Shown here: piece by piece, positions 26,009 through 36,369 of the stretch | How positions within the stretch are numbered: the first letter of the stretch is position 1 | How the letters are laid out: the number at the start of each line of letters is the position of its first letter | DNA from: Ramazzottius varieornatus | Taxonomy: Eukaryota > Animalia > Tardigrada | DNA length: 64,000 nucleotides | Reading direction: 5' to 3' | Assembly (NCBI GenBank): GCA_001949185.1 | Contig: BDGG01000013.1 | Span: 62,001 to 126,000 of the forward strand | Position numbers and translations under genes: made by a program | Notes under the pieces: generated by a model | Seen by the model: only the letters and a program-made list of their open reading frames with translations | Database searches by the model: none | Told to the model about the DNA's origin: nothing

Positions 26009-26963
26009 ATGCTTCGACTTATTCTCAGCGCCTGTTGCATTTTTTCGTTCTCGTGTCTTGTTCCGGCCGTAAGTACTCAAACAAGCAATACTTGAAAATT
26101 ATTTGCGGATGTATAAATAATACTTACTGTATCTAACCGTCTGTATCAAAAGGAGCAAGCTGGAAACGCCATCGGGGGAAAGAATGCCGAGTCGGAAGCG
26201 CGCCTGAAGGCAGTGATGGACTTGATGGTTAAATCGGCGAACTCATCCGCCGATGGAAAACCAGCAGCTTCTCCTAACCAAAGCGAGGCGCACAAGCAGA
26301 TGAACGCAGGTATGGCGGGTCAGCGCACCCCGAGTACTCGTATCAAATACTATGCCGCTCATATTGATAACTTCTTATGTGTTTTGCTTACGTCTATTGT
26401 AGTCTTGGGCCAATGGGCAGACTTCATTGAAGCAGTCAAGAACGATCCTCTGGAACCGGAAATGCCTCCCGGGGCAAAGCCAGGTAGGCAAAGATGGTTG
26501 CCATTTACTGAAGAGATGGAGCTAACGACGGTACTCCTTAGGTCGTCGCACAGCGGTAAAGCAAACAAGATGGTACAATAATAACAACAACTACAATAAC
26601 AACTATAACAACAACAACGACCCTCCTGCCGAAGAAGTCCACGAGAATTATTACTACGCCAACCAAGGTTACTACTCCCGCAAGGGTAGTCCGGGCACTG
26701 AAGACAAGAAGGGACCTAAGACGCCTAGCGGAGCACACAAGCCAAAACCAGCTGCAGCCGCATCAGCTGCCCTCCCTGAAGCCCAACCACCTGCACCTTC
26801 GGCCGATCAGCAAGGAACGGATGGCAACGATGGAAAGGATGGCCAGGATGGCAAGCATGGAAATGATGGCAAGGACGGAAAGGATGGCAAGGGTGACAAG
26901 CCGGCTGGGTCTTCTGCAGAAGTTCCCGAATCACAAAACAAGGACGATAAACCCATATTTTAA
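26009..26963 (+). CDS. Putative secreted low-complexity protein, 239 aa, with Asn/Tyr tract and Gly-X-Asp repeats; exons 26009-26068, 26153-26309, 26403-26483, 26542-26963
   Basis: Signal-like MLRLILSACCIFSFSCLVPA|GTAAGT, with phase-consistent splicing. The last exon is open for 140 codons: RWYNNNNNYNNNYNNNNDPP...YYYANQGYY...PAAAASAA...GTDGNDGKDGQDGKHGNDGKDGKDGKG. ATTAAA at ~27004. Confidence 0.75.
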
Positions 26964-27055
26964 CTCTAGCATCGTTGAAAAGATTGAACTAGTGCTGCAG
27001 TGAATTAAAGCTGTTAACTGTGAGTACATCGAAGTCGCTGTAAATCAACATAGTA

Positions 27056-27195
27056 CTGTAATGCTTCATGAACTTCGCGAAACACGTCATCATACGCGCG
27101 AAACATCTTAGGGCGTTGGTAGGGCAAAATTTTTGAACCGGGTTTAAATGTTAGCGTAAAATGACGTAATTTGCGAAGTTCATGAAGCATTACAG
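27056..27195. mobile_element. MITE with ~35-bp TIR (CTGTAATGCTTCATGAACTTCGC)
   Basis: TA|CTGTAATGCTTCATGAACTTCGCG...GCGAAGTTCATGAAGCATTACAG|CA. The terminus is related to the 44363-44516 MITE. Confidence 0.75.
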
Positions 27196-27540
27196 CACCT
27201 TCACAGGTGACACTCGTATTATATAGGAGGTCCGCAAAGAGAACGCACAGGACTGATACCGGAAGTGACGCATCTTTGTGTAGTTATTGGCTGAGCAGGT
27301 GCGCCACTTGGAAGAGTAAGTTTCCACGTGGCGCACGGTTTCAGTGGAATTGGCTGGAAGCTGGCGCCACTTGATATGAGTCTTGTATGTTTCGTTTGCC
27401 GTCCTCCCATATTATGGAAAGTTCCACACTATCAGGTGTATTGAGCAAATACTGAATTCTGAAAGTGTAATCTTTGAGTTTATCATGTTCTCTGGCTCTT
27501 GAAAAGCAGGACTTCACGGCTGGTACACCTCAACGAGGAA

Positions 27541-30500
27541 CTAGGCTCGCTGACGGCGACTACTTCCGCCGTTTCGTGTTCTCGTCGTACGCGTCGCACT
27601 TCCTTGTTCGGTGGCCACCTCACTTCCTCCTAACAAGCATTTGAGGTATTTCGGCGAGAAGTTCGTTCCTTGTGGGCAAGTATATTCAACCAGGCTCTGT
27701 CCCAAGAAGCCGCCCTCCGTGCAAACATACGCCACATTTCCTCCACCTCGTATGTTGTTCCCCGAGGTGGCGCTTCCGTCGCGACACACCACCTGGGTCA
27801 AGCTGCCACCACTGGCATCCCCTACCGTCACTCTGCTCAAGTCTTTTCCTCCATTATCCAACACCGGGCATTCCAGGATTGCTTCCGGTTGGGTACACCG
27901 AACGTCTTTTGCACATACTTCGACGGTAGTGTTTACGTTAGGGTAGATCAAACACTGTACCACATTCTGACATTGCTTCGATGAACTCGCGCACACGTTC
28001 CGTCGTTCAGTTCGAACTTGGCTCGGTGAGGAGGTAGGAGAGCTCTTCTGACTATTTAGTAGCACTGAAGCAGCGGCTTGCGTCAAGGGGAATGGCGTAC
28101 CGCAGAAACCTTTGATGTCGTCTTGGTCGATGGAGAACAAGTAGACTCCAGAGAGCTTGCTCGTTCGCGCATAACGAGCTTTGTCCTGGACACTTTGAAC
28201 GTCTTCGTACATGATCAGGTTGTCGTTCGAATAGGCATAGGGAACACTGCTGATCTGGTCCCGGACAACGGTGTAACCCGCCAGTGCAATTCGGCTGCAG
28301 GTCTCGAAGTACCAAAGGAAGCCTGGAGCTTGGCTAACGAGACCACGGTGCCCGTCACCGGAGAAGACTCCGCCGTAGGATTCAGCGGGCGCGGGGTTGT
28401 TGGGAACGCGGTAAGTGCGAGCGAAGAACGGAATACCCAGGACTAGTTTACTCGAGTCGATACCGGCATCTTGCCACATTCGGATCGACGAATCCTGTAA
28501 CGTAAAATATCAACCTCATACGAACTTAACTTATAGCCTTGATGTCAGCATAAAGCTGAACGCCGGCAAATGGCTTCATCCAGATCGTTACCTCGAGTGG
28601 CGCACGTTCTCGTCGTCATTGGCTAACGGCACGCGCCACTCGGGGAAAAAATCGTCGATCTCAATAGATGGATCCCTTAGTTGGTCCCCAGTAATTTTCC
28701 GAGACACGTACCACACTAAGGGCGTCGATGTCCGTAGAAAATAAGGGTGAAGGGTGGGTAATGGTACCATTCCAATATCCGGCCAAGTCGTAAGTGATGA
28801 CGTAAACCAAGTCTGCGGCACTAGAATTCAAGGTATTCACTAGCTTTGAATTTATGACTGGAAGTTACCCACTGGGTCTTTTTTATTGAAGGGCCTAATT
28901 AAGCGTGAACCCCTATGCGCGTTTTTTTACTTGTTGATTGCTTCCGCGTTGTAGTTCGCCAAGTAGTCAGGAGCCGAAGCCACCGTTGTTCCGATGAATA
29001 GACTGGTATCGGAACCTTCGTCAAACGTTGCTCGCATTTCCTAGATGAAAATTGTGGGTCTTGAATTCGATGTTCATTGCATGTTATCAAGTGCGGAAGA
29101 ATGACTTGTCCCCGGTTATCGAGCAGCAACTTCGAAAAACTTTTTCTCCCGTTGAAGCCAAATAATTCATCCCAAAATTTTTGCGATATGATGCACCATC
29201 GTTCAGCTTTTGGATTTGTTTATGGACATTCAAATCATTGGTGTTCATCCCCGCAAAATCAGTTTTGCGAAAATAGCTGTTTTGGGAAAAACCTGCCACT
29301 TCCGGAAGAACAATTTTTCCGGGCGCCCAGATTCGTTTGGAAATCTAATCGTGCCTGCAAAACATATTCTGATGGTCACTTTTCAAAAGCATTATGAAGT
29401 TTTTTCGAAACACTGGCTGCACAAGTTATCCGGGCGGAAACTTGGGCACGAGTCCAAAAACTAAAATTCGACTTGTGGGAGCTAAGAAAGTTTACTTGCG
29501 AAGCAACTTCGACCGAAATTACAGCACACCCTGGTGCATCAACTGAACATCACACCAGGAGTTTGAAGGATTCTGCGAGGCAGGGAAAACTTAACTCCGA
29601 CTACCTGACAAAGTGGTGCATTTTAGAGATCGTTTCTACGCCCGGAAAAATAGAAATTCATATTTCCGAACAACCACAAGTCGAAAACCTTCGGAAAAAC
29701 AGGGAAAAAATCTTCCCCTGTTTACTATAAACCCAGGTTTTTCCTCCCGTGGGCAACGCACAAACTGAGTTCTTGCTGCAGAAAAGAGATGAGTGTTGGT
29801 GTTTAATCCATCACAAGAAGCAAAAGAAAAAGACAGAAAACTTACTCGCAAAAAATTTTTCAAATGTGTTTGCTCGAAAAAGGACAAGTCGTACTTCCGT
29901 ACCTGATAACAGCTGGAACCACCAACGTCTACTTACGGTGAGTAACGAGGCAAAATTGCTGAGATCGTCCGGCGCACCGCCTCTCGCCCCGACGGCCGGG
30001 TACAACCAGTCTGCAATATGTCTCAACTTAATTCTCGCGTATTCGAAGAGAACGTTTTGGCGGATATACAGCAAGGCTCTAGAAATAAGTCGAACGCTGG
30101 ATTCGTTTGAGACTGTCACCTATGAATATTCCATCGAAGTTGTGCGCCGCGCAAAATTCCTGCACGCTTTGTATGAATTCTTGACGGCCCTCCGGAGTCT
30201 GCGCCTGAAAATACCCACCACCCCGATCGTCGAAACTTGTAATAAAAGGTGAAGATTTGCCATAGAAGTTGCTCATATCAGGTTGCGGAAGTATGACTTG
30301 TTACCCCTGGGAACACGTCAACTTCAGAAAATCATGGTTACGCTCCCCCTTGTTCTTTTGTCTTGAAGTCTTTTTTGTCTCACTTTGCCAACTCCTGGCT
30401 ATCGTTTAGCATTCTACTGTTCTAAGTTCCTCAGCTCGGCAGAAAGGCAGGAATATTTTTGTCTGAATCGCGGAGAACCAAAATTTTGGGTCATTGAACA

Positions 30501-32327
30501 CTATGAATTTTTTCGAGGCGTCAACGCATCTTACACGGGCAAGAAGATATGCTCCATGTTTTGGAACAAAGCAGGTAAGCAGCATACCCTGGGAGGCTGG
30601 GTAATTCTCCTCCGCTCTGGAGAGTTTTGCTCGGAATTCACTCCTACGGAAGACCGAAACTGAAGGTGGACAACAACGTGCTCCGGGAATTTGTTGAATC
30701 CGATTCTTTCCGAATTGTTGTAAAACCCCTACGAGACTTCAAGGTGTCTTAGTAAATCCTCGCTGGAAATTTGGACAAAAGGGGAAGGCAATAAAATTAG
30801 AGAATCGGATACCTCGTTTGCCTCGCGCGCCTTACATATTACGCAAGGTTTTGCGTTTATTTACCCTCCCGGTTCTGAACGAGAGCGAACCGATCTCAGA
30901 TCACATTGTTGCCAGCCACGATAACTGGGCTCCGTAGAACGGTCTGAAGCAAAAATCGGAATGTTTCAAAAGAGCGGAAGCAGTGTGGAAAATTTGGAAT
31001 TGTGAGCGGCACCAAAGCAAAATTGTGGCTACTGTCTGGTTACTATTCTAAAGTCTAGACCGCTGTGAAATCTTTCTGCCTGGCATAACGGTCGCCGGTG
31101 ACTAGACCTCTCTGGTACGAGAAAGAATGATGAGGAAAGTTGCCGTTCACTAAACGAAATTGTTCAGTCGACTCAAAGCACCAATGTTGCATGTTAGCTT
31201 TAGAGTGCACATTGAACAAAACACTTCCGTAAAACTGCAGAAGGCGAAACTGGAAACTCTCCTTCCCAAATCAGGAAGAGAGGACCTGGTACTAAAGAAT
31301 TATCACCACGCCGAAAAATCGGAGCACCCCTAACGTGAAAAATCAATTTCCTCCAGAGAGGCTGCGAAAAATGGCTGCCGGGATTTAATCTGTTTTCTTC
31401 CCCTATGCTCCTACAGTAAAGGCATGCATTCGCTGCCGAAAAAATGAGTGAAGTACCGTGATAGGATGGGTGGATAACCCGATCAAAAATACCGAGGTTG
31501 GCAGTCAGGAAAATTTTTGGAAAATCTTCGTCGGGGAAGTAACAAGTCATACTTCCGCACCTGATACATCGCTCCACGACATTTAAAGCGTTAATCAACT
31601 TCGTCACACGAAGCATTTCGCTCTTCTATATGACAATTTATGTCGGGTAGCATCGGATCGCAGATTCACGATGGTTTGTGCCGTCTTACCATATTACTGA
31701 AGATCCATCCACCAGCCACCCAGCCGCCAACGCTGCATGATTGAAAGACACAACGTAAACTATACAGTTCTGACCAAGATTAACAGTAAATGGGTCGATG
31801 GCTGTATCGGACGAACAAGTACCCATCAAGTACCCGTCAATTCGAAGCCAAATAGCGTGCAAATTAATCACTAATTAATTCGCTCTGACAGCTCATTGTT
31901 CGAACGAAGAGAACTCGATCATAGGGAATTCATACCCAATCAAGACCTTCAGCTGTGGATTCCGTTGTTTCAGCGCCGCGAACCTGGCCAGATTTCCGTA
32001 TCCACCATCGGTATATTCATCCAGAGAGGGAAGCTGCGTAAAGATTTTGTTTTGCTGGAAAGAAAAGTCGGTAAATATCGTATCCACTCTCGTATGCGGA
32101 GGAAACGCCCAAATACTAAGCTGCGGAAATACTTTACTCACGTAGATACTGGCATAAGTGTAAACGAGATGTGTGCAATATTCTGCCGGTATCTCGTCTC
32201 CCATCAGACGTCCTTCAAGCCGGCGAGTTCCAGCGTAGGATTGGTAAACACACGTCACGGTTTCTGCCACGGATAAGTCAATCCAGAAACCGCACAAGGC
32301 CGCAAAGGAGACAATTATGCGAAACAT
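27541..32327 (-). CDS. Secreted GH18 chitinase-like protein (~559 aa), predicted non-catalytic, with Cys-rich C-terminus; exons 32327-32142, 32054-31936, 31732-31690, 30204-30120, 30010-29937, 29040-28931, 28820-28712, 28494-27541
   Basis: Signal peptide followed by GH18 motifs CTHLVYTYA, LKVLIGVGGW, FDGIFIDWLYP, YVITYDLAGYW, KLVLGIPFFAR, PYAY, YEDVQSVQDKARY, GVYLFSIDQDD. All introns are GT-AG with matching phases (1680 nt CDS). C-terminal YVC...CPQGTNFSPKYLKC resembles CBM14. Confidence 0.92.
29087..29906. mobile_element. Non-autonomous mariner-like element in a chitinase-like intron
   Basis: TA|TCAAGTGCGGAAGAATGACTTGTCC ... GGACAAGTCGTACTTCCGTACCTGA|TA. Confidence 0.8.
30278..31564. mobile_element. 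Non-autonomous mariner-like element (same TIR family) in a chitinase-like intron
   Basis: TA|TCAGGTTGCGGAAGTATGACTTGTTAC ... GTAACAAGTCATACTTCCGCACCTGA|TA. TCAGGTG-type mariner ends; no transposase recognised inside. Confidence 0.82.
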
Positions 32328-33869
32328 GGTGCCCAAATCGCCTTGCTCTCAAATAACCCACAAGACTGGACGTAAGTGTGATCAATCAGCAGATGTACAC
32401 CAATCAGAGAAAGAGTGAAAGGTCGCCTGGTGGTCGATTGTAATAAAGCCGTGCATCTACACAAAAGTGTACCTTTCCAGAAATGTTCTGCGAGGTAGGT
32501 CAGCTCGTCTGGTCGTAACTGTCGACCACCAAGCGCGAATATCGAAAGACTGCTCCGTATCAAACTGTGCGTAAACAGCGCCAAGCGTCAAAACTGTAAT
32601 ACGCGGGCCATATCTATGAACGAGACGAGCTCTGCTGTGTGGCTTGAAGGCATCTCTGATCGGGTTGCAGTCTCGTTTGGGTGATTACCTGCCACAAAGC
32701 AGTCAGTCTTACCAGTATTAATTCTGAAACAATGGCTTTTCACTATAGCCACTGCACGTCTCTTCATTCTTCCTCCGTCCGCCTTGTAGCATTTTTTACA
32801 GTTACGTAATCGTTACTACTGCCTCCGGCGCAGTAGGAAACTGGAAAGAAAGCCCAGTAATTAACTGCCGCCTAGATAATGATTCATGGGTACAGTTATG
32901 TTCTGGACTCCAAACCGCGGCACTTCACCAGGTGTCCCGCTCGTTTCTTTTGGCATCCCTTCTTGGTACCACAACAGAGGCTTTGAAGTGCTAAGTTCGT
33001 TATCAGTACAAACACAGGGGAACCGAAGAGGTGTGTATACATTAGGTGAGTATGCCAATAGTTGTGTCCATGGCTCCATGCCGATGTTTAGGGCCCAGTA
33101 TGGTTGGTTAACAACAGAGCAACTCACGAAACCATCGTCGGCGTCTGCGTAAACGCGATCGCATCTCCAGGAACCCTTACGAACTCGTTCACAAACACCA
33201 GCAAACGCATCTTTATATGTTCCTCGAATACCTGGACATCTGGTCGATAGTCGGAAACGTCTCGAACAATGCTCACCAGGTCGGGTAACTTGAACCGATT
33301 GCCCAGAGAAAACAGAAATTCTTGATTCCCTTGACGTTTTCTCTGGGTACCAAAGCTCAAAGTGTACTGGACAGTTCCAGAAGTTCTCAAAGTATGCATT
33401 TCCCCACAATAGACGGTGAAACGGTTACTTGTCGGCGATTGCCCATGCGTTTTCTGGGAAACGCTATTACAGAACACAATACGTCGAGCCTGGGAATTCG
33501 CGAGAGGGCCTTATGGATACAGCAGTCACGGTATCCATAAGGCCAGAGTCATTCTGGATGGTCCATGGTAGAGAGAGGCTCATAAATCGTGCAAGTATAT
33601 TTTCAATGTTTTGGAAGAGAACAAAGCTAGCGGTGAGCGATGTGCAATACTTCTTTCTCCAGCAGCTCTGCTCGTTCTCCTCCATTTTTCTCCAACAAAT
33701 CTTACAGCTTACCGGGTAAGCCGTCTGCTGCGGAAATGTAGTGGATGTCCGAGGACCCCATGCCCAGAAAGTCGCTCTTGGACCTTGCACTCCAGTAAGA
33801 GGACAAACCATGCTGGAAGTGGCGCGGAATTCCGCATCATAGAAATTTGAAAATTTCGGTCTGAACTGG

Positions 33870-34493
33870 TAGTGCTGGCAAAAATACGATAAAATTCGAT
33901 ACGATATAATATCGGCGGATATTTTATCGCGGTCTTCGATATTCATTCGATATCGATATTTCGATACGATATTTTTTCGTTACCGTATTTTCGATATATC
34001 GTATCATATCGCAGCGATATATCGATATTTCTGGAATGTTAGTTTTTCGGAATACCACTGGTTCGAGCCCAAAAACTCAAGAAGCCGATTTCTGCATAAA
34101 GTGTTAGTAAGATCGATAGCGTCGGACGCAGAAAGACATGATCATACCAAGACTTCAAACACATGGAAACCTGGACAGCATTAGTACCAGAACCGAATGG
34201 GTGGAGTGTGCTCGGTACACCATGGCCAAAATCAAGGTTTGGAGTCAACCATGGTCTTCCGTGAACGAGATATCACTGGCGAGTTTTCCATTCAGCAAAA
34301 TATCGATATATCGAAATATCGAAAATATATCGATATGGCGCGATACGATATCGCCGAGTATTTTATTGCATTATTCGATACGAGTTTCATATCGGTGTTT
34401 TCGATGCGATATCTGCCGCATATTTTATCGCAAAGATTAGATATATTTCGATATCGATTACGATGTCGATATATCGTACCGTTGCCAGCACTA
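33870..34493. mobile_element. hAT-type MITE with 8-bp TSD TGAACTGG and CGATAT-rich subterminal arrays
   Basis: TGAACTGG|TAGTGCTGGCAA ... TTGCCAGCACTA|TGAACTGG, with many ATCGATAT motifs at both ends. Confidence 0.9.
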
Positions 34494-34635
34494 TGAACTG
34501 GAACAATGGGAAGGGCAAACCCAAACGCGGAGGGGCGGACCAGTGTTCTTTCAATGACTGTTTTGATCTTAGTGGCAATTACGATTAACCGGAATACCTT
34601 GGGCCGCAGTAATTTTAATTATGTGGGATTTAAAC

Positions 34636-35057
34636 TAGAGCACTGGGCCGCAGGTCCAAAATTACGCTGCAACTGTGTTGCGCACATTACCAGGGCGCAG
34701 TACGCTGCGCTGTGCTGCACAACTTTCATGCCCAGTGGCTAAGCAGCTGTGCTGCAGATGCACGTTGACCTGGTGCAACTGCGCGGACGTATTGACGTGG
34801 TTCAGTTAGTGAAATCGGTAGCCAATCTGGAGAACGTTTCGTTAGAGTACGGCAAAGCTGGGACGGCTGACGTTCGAATGCCCAAAAACTGTAGTTTTTG
34901 TTAGGTTTCGGTAGGTGCATCTGCGCGGTAGTCTATGGCTTTCTACTGTATGGTGTGCTGTGCCGCACAAATTTCGTCAATTCATGCGCTGCTGCTGTGC
35001 TGCTGCACAGCACAGCTGCAGTGCAGTGCAGCGCATACGGCCAGATTCCGTGCTCTA
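34636..35057. mobile_element. Probable hAT-like MITE with GCTGTGCTGC subterminal repeats
   Basis: Short TIR TAGAGCAC/GTGCTCTA and repeated GCTGTGCTGC/GCGCAG motifs. No clean 8-bp TSD. Confidence 0.55.
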
Positions 35058-35079
35058 AACTTTAAACCAGTTGAAGCTA

Positions 35080-35362
35080 TAGAAGGCTCGGCGAAGCTAA
35101 AATAAGTCGTTTTATCCGTTTCAAAATAATATAAATATTTATCATAAATTTGATTTATTGATGCTAAAACTGTTTTGGCCGACTCAACATCAATAAGTCA
35201 ATCGAACGCACAATACATTCTCGCCGTGGATAAAAGTATTTTAGCCGCTTTAGCCGCTTTAGCCGCGTATAAATATATTTATTTGTAATAGATATTTATA
35301 ATATATTTAGTCATGGCTAGGAGCGGCTAAAGCAGCTTATTTTAGCTTCCCCGAGCCTTCTA
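35080..35362. mobile_element. TA-flanked MITE
   Basis: TA|TAGAAGGCTCGGCGAAGCTAAAATAAG ... CTTATTTTAGCTTCCCCGAGCCTTCTA|TA, with internal (TTTAGCCGC)3. Confidence 0.8.
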
Positions 35363-35396
35363 TAGTTTAGGCCAGGCGAGTGTACTGTGTAGTGGG

Positions 35397-36349
35397 CAGT
35401 GTTGTTCCGATTTTTGTCATACACAATTGAAAATAGCTGATCTTGGCCTTTTTGGAATTCCGATACGACAATTCAGATTGAGAACCGTTTGCCAACGTAT
35501 TTGGATATCAATCGGAATTTAAATTTGAATGGGAAATGATCAGAGTATTTTAATTCATAATTCGAAACACGCAATGACTTAATTGAAATAAGCACAATTG
35601 GAATAAGACACTACGGTCGATTTGAATTAGCGCATTATTACCGCAAAATCACAAGTTCAAGTCTGCCAGTCAAATCTACAACTGTCAACATCAAGCACAC
35701 AGTGCAATCCGCCGATTTTTCCCCAGATTTAGCGCATTAAGATGTCAGCACATCGGGGATTATTTTCGCTGTCTACCTCTCACGACTTCGTATCATTGAT
35801 CGTTCATTTGATGAGGAAATAAATTCGCAAAGTATCGCCGGAAGTGAAGCCATAGAATTTTTGAGTGACTTTGTGAAAAGCTCAGAATTCATCGCTGATT
35901 TATCATTTTGAGACTGACATCTCAATCATCGTCAAAGATCAGAACAACGGAAAGCGGAATTCCGATGGCAGAAGATGGGTGAGAAGCTTTTCTTGAGCAA
36001 ATCTTCCGAAGAGTCCGTCGTGGACTTGAATCCTCCGAGAATTCCGTGCCCTCATCGTCACCGTCTGCAATGAGCTGAGCATTTGTGTTAGAACTCCAAA
36101 CGGTGGAGTCCCAAATGTAAAGACGTCTGCAGGGGGAAGGAAAAGTCATACTATATTGGAAATTGAAATTACCAAACGACGTCGTAATATTTCAAATAAT
36201 TGGAAGCTGTCGGAAGCTGAATTCCGATTAATCGTAATCTTCAGTCCTATAACGACGAACTACCGGCAACTCGAATTACGACTACGGGAAGAATTTCGAT
36301 TAATAGTAATTGTAATTCAAACTGCAAAAGTCTTATCGGAACAACACTG
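35397..36349. mobile_element. Non-autonomous hAT element with 8-bp TSD GTAGTGGG
   Basis: GTAGTGGG|CAGTGTTGTTCCGAT ... ATCGGAACAACACTG|GTAGTGGG, with AATT(A/G)-rich subterminal motifs. An isolated similar end (TTATCGGAACAACATTG) lies at ~5588-5604. Confidence 0.9.
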
Positions 36350-36369
36350 GTAGTGGGTGGTGCCGCACC

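Noticed and set aside
27541-32327. Horizontal (bacterial) origin of the chitinase-like gene
   Set aside because: Seven spliceosomal introns and animal-type GH18 plus CBM14-like architecture.
32861-33477. 182-aa and 117-aa minus-strand ORFs upstream of the GH18 gene
   Set aside because: Non-ATG or weak starts, no motifs, and the GH18 gene already has its own ATG and signal peptide.
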